Assembly: GCA_044356455.1 (NCBI GenBank)
Contig: JBIKWF010000041.1
Location: forward strand, 1-34,219
Origin: Bdellovibrionota bacterium
GTDB lineage: Bacteria; Bdellovibrionota_C; UBA2361; JBGSMV01
Direction of reading: 5' to 3'
DNA length: 34,219 bases
Within the stretch, counting starts at the first letter, position 1; each line of letters begins with the position of its first letter. Positions 18,005-26,909 of this stretch are shown one piece after another. The position numbers and the translations under genes are program-made. The notes below the pieces were generated by a model that searched no databases, was not told where the DNA came from, and saw only the letters and a list, made by a program, of their open reading frames with translations.

Positions 18005-19096
18005 ATGTTTGTCTCTGAAGCTCATTCAGTCACCCAGCAATCACGGCTCGCTATTACGCTTGCTTGGATAGCGGGTTACACCAATGCCGTAACTCTTCTC
18101 ACCTGTCACACGGCCACTTCCCACGCCTCTGGCACTACCTCTAATTTTGGAATTGAGCTCGCATCCCAGCAGTGGGCGCTCGCAGGGTTCTCGTTCTTTC
18201 TACTTTTCACGTTTGTTCTCGGCGCCATTCTTTCCGGTCTCTTGACCGAATGTGGCCGGCGTCAGCGCTGGGAGTCAATTTATGTGCTTCCGATGGGCCT
18301 GCAGGGTTTGCTACTTGCGGGCTTTGCTCTTTGCATAGAGTTTGTAGCTCTTCCTGACCTTAGCCAAGGAGCGTATCTGCTCTTAGCAACTGGCCTCGCT
18401 TCAAGCGCGATGGGACTTCAGAATGCAACGATTACCAGAATATCGAGTGGCGTCGTGCGCACCACACATGTCACTGGGGTGCTCACTGATTTAGGGCTTG
18501 AATCCGCTCACTACCTTCTTCACAAAATAGATTTGCTTCAGAGGAAGAGTCCCAACCCGCTTGCTGGCTCCGTCCCTACCGGAGAGCGCCTCTTGCTTCT
18601 GCTCTCTATCGTAGGCTCCTTTGCCTTTGGCGCGGCTCTCGGGACTGCTGGATTTGAAGCGTTCCCCCGCTTTGCCATGTTTCCTCCGGTCTTGTTTCTG
18701 GGCTGGATAATTTTACAAGACCTTCTCAAGCCGATTGCCGAGATCTCGGTTGCCTCCCCTACCAGCAAAACTTCAGCTTTGGAGAGCTGCACCGTCTTCA
18801 GGCTTACGCCAGATCGCACACGCCGCGGGCGCCATCAGAGACTACCTAATCTCGCGGCCTGGGCTGCGCTCCTTTCGCCTTCAGTGAAAGCCATCATTCT
18901 TGATTTGAGTGAAATTGCCTCGCTCCACGAAACATCGCTTCAAGAGCTTGAAAAACTCTCCGAGCGACTTAAAGCCCAAGGCCGCGCCTTGTTAGTGGCA
19001 GGCTATCGCCCTCGACTTGACGCGCGCGAGAATACGCCGCCCTTTTTCCCAAATGTCGAGATTGCGGCTTCCGCTTCTGCACCGCTGCGAAAATAG
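18005..19096 (+). CDS. YoaK/DUF1275 membrane protein fused to a C-terminal STAS-like domain
   Basis: LAWIAGYTNA, SHASGTT, AMGLQNA, RTTHVTG (DUF1275). C-terminal IILDLSEIASLHETSLQEL...GRALLVAG (STAS). Confidence 0.85.
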   Translation: MFVSEAHSVTQQSRLAITLAWIAGYTNAVTLLTCHTATSHASGTTSNFGIELASQQWALAGFSFFLLFTFVLGAILSGLLTECGRRQRWESIYVLPMGLQGLLLAGFALCIEFVALPDLSQGAYLLLATGLASSAMGLQNATITRISSGVVRTTHVTGVLTDLGLESAHYLLHKIDLLQRKSPNPLAGSVPTGERLLLLLSIVGSFAFGAALGTAGFEAFPRFAMFPPVLFLGWIILQDLLKPIAEISVASPTSKTSALESCTVFRLTPDRTRRGRHQRLPNLAAWAALLSPSVKAIILDLSEIASLHETSLQELEKLSERLKAQGRALLVAGYRPRLDARENTPPFFPNVEIAASASAPLRK

Positions 19097-19119
19097 CGCC
19101 TTGACCGAACCTTACAAAG

Positions 19120-19247
19120 AGAACTTCTGAAAACAATCGATATTTTATTTCTTCACTCAGTGAACTCTGTGTCCTCTGTGGTTTTTCAAAAACTAAAATA
19201 ACCACAGAGGGCACAGAGTTCACAGAGCAGACTTTTTTAAAGGCTCC
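19120..19247. mobile_element. MITE-like element, copy A2, overlapping the 3' end of ORF 19220-19501
   Basis: Degenerate TIRs AGAACTTCTGAAAAC / TTTTTTAAAGGCTCC; flanks AAAG (19116-19119) / CAAG (19248-19251). Inner arms 19156-19183 and 19200-19227 are nearly identical to A1 and A3. Confidence 0.85.
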
Positions 19248-19501
19248 CAAGTAATCGTTACCTGTGAACCAACTTCTAATGGAGCCAAGACTGAGCCTAT
19301 AAGATCGCCTAACTCCAGTTCGAAAGAAGCATATTCACCGTCACAGTTTTTGACGACGACGCTCTTCCCATTCACTGAAATGCAGCAGCCAGGCACGATA
19401 GCCTCTTTTGCTTGAAGCGGAACGCTAATAAGGAATTGGAATTTCTCTCCGTGTTTACTAAGCCCTTCTACCGACACATCTCCGGAAACTCTCTCGCTCA
19501 T
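19220..19501 (-). CDS. Stand-alone single lumazine-binding (riboflavin-synthase-like) beta-barrel domain protein
   Basis: IVPGCCISVNGKSVVV...LAPLEVGSQV resembles one repeat of riboflavin synthase (GSIAVNGxSLTV...LxxGxxVNLE). Starts 3 bp after the sugar transferase stop. Confidence 0.6.
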   Translation of the reverse strand: MSERVSGDVSVEGLSKHGEKFQFLISVPLQAKEAIVPGCCISVNGKSVVVKNCDGEYASFELELGDLIGSVLAPLEVGSQVTITWEPLKKSAL

Positions 19502-19504
19502 GTG

Positions 19505-20998
19505 CTAGCGCGCTCCCGTACCAAAAAGGACCGCCGGAACAGTTCGCAAAAGAAGAATAAAATCGCGAGTCAACGACCAATTGTCGATGTACTCAAGATC
19601 GAGCCGCACCCAGTGATCAAAATTCGTAATCTCATTTCTGCCGCTTACCTGCCAGATGCAAGTCAGACCTGGGCGCATGGAAAGCCGGCGTCTATCTTTG
19701 CGCTCGTACATACTCACTTCCCCCGGGATAGGCGGACGCGGACCAACCAGGCTCATCTCTCCTGAGTATACGTTCCAAAGCTGCGGCAATTCATCAAGGC
19801 TAAAGCGCCTAAGAAGCCGCCCCACTCGCGTGACCCGAGGGTCTTCTTTCATTTTAAAGACTGGACCTTGCATCTCGTTCTTAGCGCGCAGCTCTGCAAG
19901 CTGCTGGTCGGCATCCTGCTTCATGGAGCGGAATTTATAGAGATTGAAGAGCCGGCCATTGAGGCCTACGCGCCTTTGCACGTAGAGGACAGGACCTGGG
20001 GAGTCCAGTTTGATCGCCAGGGCAATAAGCAAGAATAACGGCGAGAGAAGCACCAGCAGAATAAACGAAACTGATACATCGACCATCCTTTTCACCCAAA
20101 GCTCCCATTGATCTCCAGGAGGCGTTTGGAAATGGATGAGTGGCATGCCACCAAAGTAGCTAATCCCTGATTTTACAATTCCGACACTAAATAAGTCGGC
20201 CACAAGTGTCGTGCGAACGCCCTGTTCTGAGCACACAATCACCATCTCCTCCACCAGTGGCATCACTTCAACCACATCGGTGAAGATAACTTCATCTATC
20301 GCATACTCTGAAAGAGCTCGAAGAAGCGCTTCTTTGCCCACAAGGAAACGGATGGTGTGCTCGTAACCAGCTTCTTTGAGCAGACTCTTGAAACGCGCCT
20401 CTTCTTCAGCCGCAGCCGATCCTTGACCTTCAAGGGCAACAAACGCCCGAATCCAAAGACCCAACTCCGGCATGCGCGCAAGCTCACGCGCAAGCCGAAT
20501 CGCTTGGTCTCCTGAGCCACAAATAAGAATGTTACGAAAATTCCTTCCGCGACGCCGGTAAAAGCGAAGTAATTTGAGCACCAGAAGTCTTTGGAGCGTA
20601 AGACTTAGCCAGACTAAAGCGCAAAAAAGTCCAAGAAAGCTTCTGCTCAGATCAATCTTGAGCAGAAATAAGGTAGCTGCCAGAGTGAAGAAAACAAACA
20701 CTGAGCTCGCAAGCGAGATGCGTAACAAATGAAGCGGGGTAATAAGACGCATGCTGCTATACGCGCCGAGTGCCGTAAGCGAAAGCTGGTAGCCAAGAAT
20801 GCCAACCACCAAGGCAATGAAATTGTCCTTAATCGGCGCAAGCTCATCTCCGACAAAAGGCAAATGCCACTGAAAGATATCATTCCAATATACAAGCGCT
20901 GTTCGCCCGTAGTAGGCGACAAAGAACGAGGCTAGGATGATGACGATATCTCCTACGCGCTGAATTCTTGAGATGAGTCGCCAGTTCTGTTTAAGCAT
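19505..20998 (-). CDS. Undecaprenyl-phosphate sugar-1-phosphate transferase (WcaJ/CpsE-like priming glycosyltransferase)
   Basis: N-terminal TM segments, Rossmann-like [60 protein letters not shown]. Confidence 0.95.
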   Translation of the reverse strand: MLKQNWRLISRIQRVGDIVIILASFFVAYYGRTALVYWNDIFQWHLPFVGDELAPIKDNFIALVVGILGYQLSLTALGAYSSMRLITPLHLLRISLASSVFVFFTLAATLFLLKIDLSRSFLGLFCALVWLSLTLQRLLVLKLLRFYRRRGRNFRNILICGSGDQAIRLARELARMPELGLWIRAFVALEGQGSAAAEEEARFKSLLKEAGYEHTIRFLVGKEALLRALSEYAIDEVIFTDVVEVMPLVEEMVIVCSEQGVRTTLVADLFSVGIVKSGISYFGGMPLIHFQTPPGDQWELWVKRMVDVSVSFILLVLLSPLFLLIALAIKLDSPGPVLYVQRRVGLNGRLFNLYKFRSMKQDADQQLAELRAKNEMQGPVFKMKEDPRVTRVGRLLRRFSLDELPQLWNVYSGEMSLVGPRPPIPGEVSMYERKDRRRLSMRPGLTCIWQVSGRNEITNFDHWVRLDLEYIDNWSLTRDFILLLRTVPAVLFGTGAR

Positions 20999-21176
20999 CG
21001 CTTAGTTCTCTAAACTCTTTCTCGCTCTGAGTCATTATCGAATGAGAATGAACTTGCCGAATAGCTACTACCCAGGAACAGGGTACTGACGAAAAGCCCC
21101 CAACGCGGAAGCCCCTAAGCCCGCCCTAACCAATTGAATATACCATGCTTTTTCGGCCCTGCCAAATCCTGCGTCG

Positions 21177-21530
21177 ATGTTCGCTCCCCTTCATCCAATT
21201 TTAAGTATGCATAGCAGAGACTCAGCAAACAGGGCCCCCGTTGGCGTGTTCTTCGCCGATGGCGATGTCGCCTCAATTTTTGCAGAGCTGCTAGAAGTAC
21301 AAGGGGTCCCTGTAGAAGTGCTGGCCTCTCCCGGCGAGTTGGCGGGGCACACGCGCGTGATTACTGAGCCGCGCTATGTAAAAGAAATTGCCCCAGACAA
21401 CTATCCTCATTGCCTTGTCGTTGGAAACAAAGAGTGTCTGAACGGACTCCCTACCCTTGCGCTCTCGCGGCCGCTCACCGCCGAGAAGGTGGAACAGGCT
21501 CTGCGCGCTTTTCTTGCCCCTACCGCTTAG
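21177..21530 (+). CDS. Atypical (pseudo-)receiver domain protein
   Basis: Receiver-like spacing: VFFADGD...LLEVQG...VITE (Asp replaced by Glu)...LSRPLTAEKVEQAL (KP replaced by RP). The start may be the ATG at 21207. Confidence 0.5.
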   Translation: MFAPLHPILSMHSRDSANRAPVGVFFADGDVASIFAELLEVQGVPVEVLASPGELAGHTRVITEPRYVKEIAPDNYPHCLVVGNKECLNGLPTLALSRPLTAEKVEQALRAFLAPTA

Positions 21531-21614
21531 CAGGCACCACAAACTTCCTCCCCCAAAACTCGAGTCCCTTTTACCTTCAGCACTATGGTAGGGTAGCTCT
21601 CAACTGGAGGCTGC

Positions 21615-22064
21615 ATGCGAATAGTAATCCAAAGAGTGTCTCACGCTGAAGTAACGGTAGACGGAGAAGTTGTCGGTGCCACCCGCGAGGGAATTCTTGC
21701 TCTGGTGGGTTTTGGCGCAAAGGATACCGAAGAGTCCTTCCCTCCCCTTTTAGAGAAAATGGTAAATCTGCGTATTTTTTCTGACGAGCGCGGGAAATTT
21801 CAATTCTCGCTTCTTGATCGCAAAGGAGAACTGCTTCTCGTTCCCCAATTTACCCTTTATGCCGATACGTCCCGGGGCCGCCGGCCAGGCTTTGACTCAG
21901 CACTTGCTCCAGAGAAAGCCCGAAATCTTTTTGACCAAATGGTAGCCCGCGCTCAGGAGCTCCCCCTGGGCAAAGTGGCGACGGGAAAGTTTGGAGCTCA
22001 TATGAAAGTGAGCCTTCTGAATGATGGTCCCGTCACCATTCTGCTTGATAGTGAGAACCCGTAA
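21615..22064 (+). CDS. dtd: D-aminoacyl-tRNA deacylase
   Basis: MRIVIQRV, NLRIF, VPQFTL, GRRP, FGAHMKV.L.NDGPVT; GGAGG ribosome-binding site. Confidence 0.97.
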   Translation: MRIVIQRVSHAEVTVDGEVVGATREGILALVGFGAKDTEESFPPLLEKMVNLRIFSDERGKFQFSLLDRKGELLLVPQFTLYADTSRGRRPGFDSALAPEKARNLFDQMVARAQELPLGKVATGKFGAHMKVSLLNDGPVTILLDSENP

Positions 22065-22069
22065 TTTGT

Positions 22070-22477
22070 TTAGCAGCGGAGTGGATTCGAGCACACCTTT
22101 GGCGCTGCCTCCAGGAGCTCATCGTAGCCGCCCGCATTAACCACAGAGGTGAACCCAAGGGTCCGCAAGCTAGCCGCTGCTTTTCCGGCACGCCTTCCAC
22201 TCGCGCAATACACGACGATGGTCTTGGTCTTGTCACTGCCAAGCTCTGACACTCGCGCGTCTATCTCGTCATAGGGAATCAGCGCACTGCCCTTAAGATG
22301 CCCCTTCTCGAATTCTTCCGGGGTTCGCACATCGAGAAGCACAGAGTCTTTTTGAATCTCAACCCACGCTTCAGGTGGCGCCACGATACTGGGCGGCGGA
22401 ACTGACTGAGCGGAGGCACCTACTACAGCAACAAGTCCCACAAAAAGAAAAGGGATAAGGTACTTTAGAGCTTTCAT
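22070..22477 (-). CDS. Exported rhodanese-like (PspE-type) protein
   Basis: Signal peptide; LDVRTPEEF..GHLKG; active loop YCASGRRA; NAGG. Confidence 0.92.
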   Translation of the reverse strand: MKALKYLIPFLFVGLVAVVGASAQSVPPPSIVAPPEAWVEIQKDSVLLDVRTPEEFEKGHLKGSALIPYDEIDARVSELGSDKTKTIVVYCASGRRAGKAAASLRTLGFTSVVNAGGYDELLEAAPKVCSNPLRC

Positions 22478-22615
22478 GCGAGTGTCCTTACATTGGGAGA
22501 TTAGCGCCTTTTATCATATCCACAGAAAAGGTGACATGAAGAACATGCGCGCTAAGGGATGTCGTGCCCATCTTTTCCTAGGGCTAGGATTAGATTGGTG
22601 TATCGACTCCCTACT

Positions 22616-24127
22616 CTAAGCAAGCAGCATAGGCAGAGGCGTATTCATATTTGCAAGCTGAGTAGGATAAAAATTGGACATCAGAAGGAAGTCGCTCGTC
22701 ATATCGGGACTCCAGCTACTCTGAGTCGGCCACACAGGACCATACCCTCCATGGATGTAATTTCCGGTTCGCGGCACTTCGTAACGCTCGGGCGGCACCC
22801 CCATCATCTGAAGCAATGACGTCATAAGTCGGTTATATAGATAGCCAGGCTTGAGGACTCGCTCGCGGGTGTTGCCCACCCATATGGCGCCATTCTGGTA
22901 GGTGGTATTCCGATCGGCATAGTCGATGTGCTTCCCGGCGCTTGCCAGTCGGCCCGCTGCCTTTCCCCATAAAAAGGTAATCTGACTCTTATTGGTGTGT
23001 GGCACGAGATTCTCGGGGCCCCACATAACTACTGAATTCTCGAGGAGAGTTTTGCCATTACCCTCTTCCACCGCATCCATCCTTTGCAATAGATAGAGCA
23101 AAACGTTCTGCGCAAACCACTGATGTCGCGCTACGATCAGTGCCTGATTCGAAACCACGTTGCAGGCATGCGCTTCGTCATGAAAATCGGAAACCTCCAT
23201 GATGTTACTCATGCGAAAGGTTGCAATTCTTGTCATGCCGCAGCGGAGCGCCGCTACGATGACATCGACCAACAGCTGCGAAACCGTTCGCAGCTGGGTC
23301 GAAGTTGGATCGTCCCACAGGCTCACGGAGGCAGGCCGGGTAACGCCGCTACACGCTGCGCCATTAGTGAGCCGAGTCCGCAAGTCGGCCAGGTAGCTGA
23401 CATGATTATCGACCGTACGCTTGTCAGCAGTGCTCAGACGCGGGTGGGATTGCAGCGAACGGTAATCTTCGTACACAGAATCGATAATTCCAGAATCACG
23501 TGGAACTCCCGCGTTGCCGGTTCCGAAAATCGAGTTAAACAATACTTGCGGGTTCGAGGCTGCGGTAACCCATTGAGGAGCTCCGGTACGATTTACTGGG
23601 TCGCCCCACCGCAGCGAAATACTTCCGCTGTTACGAGGATTGACCGAAAGAGATCTGATGACAGGCGGCGTTGGATAGAAGGCCGGATCATACGCCATTA
23701 CTTGATCGATCGTTGCAATGTGCTCGACAGGTCCAGTGGCATTGGCATCCATATTTAGATCGCCGAGCAGCCCCGCGGTTTGATGAGCAAGGTACTGAAC
23801 CACGTCGAGGCATTCTAGTACGGACATTTGAGGGAGAAACTGATTAAAGGATGGCCCGATGATAGTCGAGAAGTTCTGCGGGTTCGGCATGTAGTGTATG
23901 GTGTGCCCAGAGTTTGAAGTAACTGGGATGTGAGGGCGAGCTGCTGGCAAGAGAGACGAGGGCGATACTCCGCCGTGAGGAGTCCAGAGTGCAAGAAAGC
24001 GAGGAAGAACTTCACTGCTCTGCGCGTGTGCAGCGCCTGGCGCTATTGAGGGGAGAAACGGCAGCGCTAAAGTAAAGCCACCTAAGCCCTGAAGAAAATG
24101 TCGTCGCGATATCGGATCCCACTTCAT
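22616..24127 (-). CDS. DUF1552 domain protein with a Tat-like signal
   Basis: ISRRHFLQGLGG.TLALPFL; TIDQV.A; NP..LF..IFG; ALRCGMTR.AT; H..AH; LLENS. Lies directly downstream of the DUF1592 gene, the usual pairing. Confidence 0.88.
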   Translation of the reverse strand: MKWDPISRRHFLQGLGGFTLALPFLPSIAPGAAHAQSSEVLPRFLALWTPHGGVSPSSLLPAARPHIPVTSNSGHTIHYMPNPQNFSTIIGPSFNQFLPQMSVLECLDVVQYLAHQTAGLLGDLNMDANATGPVEHIATIDQVMAYDPAFYPTPPVIRSLSVNPRNSGSISLRWGDPVNRTGAPQWVTAASNPQVLFNSIFGTGNAGVPRDSGIIDSVYEDYRSLQSHPRLSTADKRTVDNHVSYLADLRTRLTNGAACSGVTRPASVSLWDDPTSTQLRTVSQLLVDVIVAALRCGMTRIATFRMSNIMEVSDFHDEAHACNVVSNQALIVARHQWFAQNVLLYLLQRMDAVEEGNGKTLLENSVVMWGPENLVPHTNKSQITFLWGKAAGRLASAGKHIDYADRNTTYQNGAIWVGNTRERVLKPGYLYNRLMTSLLQMMGVPPERYEVPRTGNYIHGGYGPVWPTQSSWSPDMTSDFLLMSNFYPTQLANMNTPLPMLLA

Positions 24128-24141
24128 TCGCTTACCCTTTG

Positions 24142-26502
24142 CTATGGCCCCTGCCGACGCTGGCGGAATGCTGGTTGCTCACTAATGCTTCGGAAAAAAC
24201 TGCGCAAATCCCCGTCAACCGCAGCTCTTCTCAATCCTTCGAGAGTGCATCCATCGGCGCCCTGTACGTTTGCGTTGCGCCTGAACGCAAAGTTGAAATA
24301 TTTCTTCGCTACGCAGGCATGCACTCTTCCACTTTCAACTGCGGTGCGAATCAAATTCTCTCCGCCGTTGACAGGAATTACCTGTCCCGGAAAAAGTACT
24401 GCACCTACCTTTGCATCGATAGGAAGCACTGCTTGCACGGTTCCGTCCGCGGAGTAAATTTTCTCCTCAGTACGGTATCGGCCGATAGCATCATAATTCT
24501 CAAGGCTAAATCCTACGGGATTAATTCTGTTGTGACATCCAACACATGAGGGTGAATTCGCCGTATCGGTAAAACGCTGACGAGTAGTTCGAGACGGGTC
24601 ATCAGGGGGAGGTCGGATGAGCCCCATGAGCGCTGGGTCTGGGTCAGGAAGCACTTCGCACATGAAATTCCTCAAAAACTTCGCGCCTCTTTTGGCAGGA
24701 TTGGTAATGTGATTCCCGGAGATCAGCGTCGCCGCTCGCACGAGAATACCAGGCCTATTCGCTTGGGGGAGTGCTACCGGTTCGCCAGAACTCACGGGAG
24801 AGGCGCCGTAGAGATGAGAAAGAGGCGCCGAACTCGAAAACGATTTATTTGAAAGAAGTAAATCACTTAAGGTCCCGTCTTGATTCCAGGTGTAGTAGTT
24901 GACCATCTGAAGGATTTCTTCTTCGGCATCTACTCGTAAGCTATTACCTCCCACGGGAATGGATTCACCCTCAGCAAACGCCGCGAAGGAGGGAGTGTTT
25001 CCTGGGTTTATTGGAGGGACCTGGGAAAGCTCCATCCAGTGCTGGAAGAAATCTTCAACCGTTGATTTCGTACGCTCGAGACCTGCGCCTGTGAAGAAAA
25101 TATTCTCCACTACCTCGGTGAAGTTGTTTTGCAGAGATCCGTCCCCAGCCGCGTTCAGCAACGCCTCACTCGGGATGCTCTGCCAAAAAAGGAACGAGAG
25201 GCGCGCCGCTAGTTCGTAAGAGGTAAGTTCGTAGAGTCCACTGTTCCCCGCAACGGGCTCACCTGCTAATTCCTCATGATAGAGAAATGCAGGAGACAAG
25301 AGCATACGCGTAATGAGGTCTCGGAAAGCAGTCTCCGCTGGACGCGAATAGAAGAAGGTTTCGAGCTTCGAGAGCTCTGACGCTTCAAGCGGCTTGCGAT
25401 ACATGCGCCGACCAGTTTGCGCAATAAAGTTTTGCAAACAGGTACGAGCCGCGCCGCTCGTACCGGGAAGACATCCATTACCAGAGAATATTCTCGCTCT
25501 TAGTGGCGTGCTCGTAACCGCGGTCCCGAATGCTTCCGCCGCGGTGTAATAGCTATCGATATGTTCTTGCAGAACTCTGCCGTCAAGTTTTGGAAACACT
25601 TGTTCTTGGAGTACGGATCTCTGAGCGAGGTCGTCAGGAATTAACGCTAAAGCAGAGGAAATCTCGCTTCGAATGGCAAGTTGCGTAGGCGTGTCAAATC
25701 CAGAAGCCAGATCGTGGAGCGCGTTCTCGTACTCGACTCTCGCAAGTCGAAGGAGCGGCGTGGGACTGATATCTTCTGTTGGCACGCATGCATAACTTGC
25801 GTCGTGCGGAGCTTCGACACCTTCTCCTAGTTTCATGATCCAGGCGCGGATAGTGGCAATCTCTGAGGCGCTAATTCCTGGAAGATTCTTGGGCATATTC
25901 CCGGGGGAGAAGCCTTCAGGGTTCCCCGCAAGATAGGTATAGAGGATTGAGCCGCGAGGATCTCCAGGCGTTACTTTTCCAGAGGCGAGAAGCCAAGATT
26001 GAGATATCTGCCAGTTCCCTTGAGTGGCGTGACAAGAAATGCAGCGCGATTGGAGAATGGGCGCCACATCAGCAAACGTCACGGCGGCAGGCGGCGTTGT
26101 CGGCTGCGGAGCAGCAGGCGGCGTTGTCGGCTGCGGACATGCTTGCACGACTCTTAGGAGCTGCTGCAGCATTCGAAGCTTCGCTCTTAAGAGTTTTCTC
26201 TCTTCTTGCGTTTGAGCTTTGCGCTTTCGCCCGAGCTTTGCTTCAGTACGCGCTTTCTCGCGAAGAATCATGCCGGTGGTCCAAACCACCTTCCCCAAGA
26301 TAGGTCTCTTCTTTGGGTCTCGAATCGAAGCTTCGTTTGCTTTTACGCTTATGCCGCACTTGTACCGGGGGGCCGCGCCTACGGGGAGAACAGCAACTAC
26401 GAGAATCCATGAGACGAAGGCTAGGGCGAGCCCACCTAATCGCTGAGATTGCGATGTTTCCTGGCCCCCTCTCTTCCTTTGCTTAAAATCCATGCCCCGC
26501 AC
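24142..26502 (-). CDS. Planctomycete-type cytochrome c + DUF1587/1595/1592/1588/1585 multidomain protein
   Basis: VAPILQSRCISCH...PGDP..S.LY...MP...I.TIRAWI (heme domain); RLARVEYENALHDL; YELAARLSFLFWQSIP; TTRQRF...CVGCH..INPVGF..ENYDAIGRYR. Confidence 0.9.
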   Translation of the reverse strand: MRGMDFKQRKRGGQETSQSQRLGGLALAFVSWILVVAVLPVGAAPRYKCGISVKANEASIRDPKKRPILGKVVWTTGMILREKARTEAKLGRKRKAQTQEERKLLRAKLRMLQQLLRVVQACPQPTTPPAAPQPTTPPAAVTFADVAPILQSRCISCHATQGNWQISQSWLLASGKVTPGDPRGSILYTYLAGNPEGFSPGNMPKNLPGISASEIATIRAWIMKLGEGVEAPHDASYACVPTEDISPTPLLRLARVEYENALHDLASGFDTPTQLAIRSEISSALALIPDDLAQRSVLQEQVFPKLDGRVLQEHIDSYYTAAEAFGTAVTSTPLRARIFSGNGCLPGTSGAARTCLQNFIAQTGRRMYRKPLEASELSKLETFFYSRPAETAFRDLITRMLLSPAFLYHEELAGEPVAGNSGLYELTSYELAARLSFLFWQSIPSEALLNAAGDGSLQNNFTEVVENIFFTGAGLERTKSTVEDFFQHWMELSQVPPINPGNTPSFAAFAEGESIPVGGNSLRVDAEEEILQMVNYYTWNQDGTLSDLLLSNKSFSSSAPLSHLYGASPVSSGEPVALPQANRPGILVRAATLISGNHITNPAKRGAKFLRNFMCEVLPDPDPALMGLIRPPPDDPSRTTRQRFTDTANSPSCVGCHNRINPVGFSLENYDAIGRYRTEEKIYSADGTVQAVLPIDAKVGAVLFPGQVIPVNGGENLIRTAVESGRVHACVAKKYFNFAFRRNANVQGADGCTLEGLRRAAVDGDLRSFFRSISEQPAFRQRRQGP
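26084..26137. repeat. 27-bp tandem duplication encoding (PQPTTPPAA)x2 linker
   Basis: GCGGCAGGCGGCGTTGTCGGCTGCGGA (26084-26110) and GCAGCAGGCGGCGTTGTCGGCTGCGGA (26111-26137), one mismatch. Confidence 0.95.
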
Positions 26503-26584
26503 TTACTCTCTAGTTTCGCTCTGAACCGTATGAGCAAGTGCCGTACCAGGTACTTTGATGTTAAAAGACAAAAGAGGCAGTAGT

Positions 26585-26611
26585 TCGTCGGTAACTTATA
26601 AGCTCCCGTTA
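26585..26611 (-). promoter_or_regulatory. Weak sigma28-like promoter upstream of the DUF1592 gene
   Basis: Minus strand TAAC-N15-ACCGACGA. Confidence 0.3.
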
Positions 26612-26673
26612 TTTCAGGGGATTTCAATTCCTCACCTGATACGAGTGGCGCTATTTGCTCCTAATGACGTCCC

Positions 26674-26826
26674 CCTGGCCCGATGGGGAACCGCAGCGCC
26701 CGGAGTTCAAGCCTTTGGTGTGGAAGGAGGTACCTTAAGGCCTGCAATGCCTGCGTTTTTTCTTATGGTGCATCATGACATCTCCTGCAGTTCTGGTCAG
26801 ACACCATAGGCTTGCCTAGGGCCAGG
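26674..26826 (-). ncRNA. Unclassified structured RNA / cis-regulatory leader candidate
   Basis: Closing stem 26674-26681 / 26819-26826 (8 bp). Stem 26708-26721 / 26801-26814 (13 bp, 1 mismatch). Crossing stem 26688-26696 / 26785-26793 (9 bp, fully paired only on the minus strand through a U-G pair). Confidence 0.5.
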
Positions 26827-26909
26827 TAAAGAAGGCGGCGGGGTGAAGATCGTGGGTGGGAATGCTCGCCTCCCTCGAATGTCTGCGGGCGGTTTGGGAT
26901 ACGACGCAA

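Noticed and set aside
21030..21180. Additional sigma28-like -10 boxes (TTCGATAA on minus, GTCGATGT on plus)
   Set aside because: No matching -35 element at 15-bp spacing.
23123..23758. 211-aa + strand ORF and other antisense ORFs inside long genes
   Set aside because: Fully antisense to well-supported genes; expected shadow ORFs.
26555..26809. 84-aa + strand ORF
   Set aside because: No recognisable protein pattern; it overlaps the promoter region and the structured RNA candidate.
26668..26830. Short colinear resemblances of the minus strand to U1 snRNA as I remember it (UUACCUGGC, GGAGAU..CAUGAU, ACUCCGG, CUGCG..UUCCCCA, GGGGGAC)
   Set aside because: The matches are short and gapped, compared from memory, with no Sm site and a different pairing scheme. 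Treated as chance unless cmsearch says otherwise.
26674..26900. Known riboswitch, ribozyme or housekeeping RNA (cobalamin, c-di-GMP, Moco, FMN, HDV-like, RNase P, SRP, tmRNA)
   Set aside because: Only isolated fragments match; the diagnostic conserved blocks are missing or out of order.
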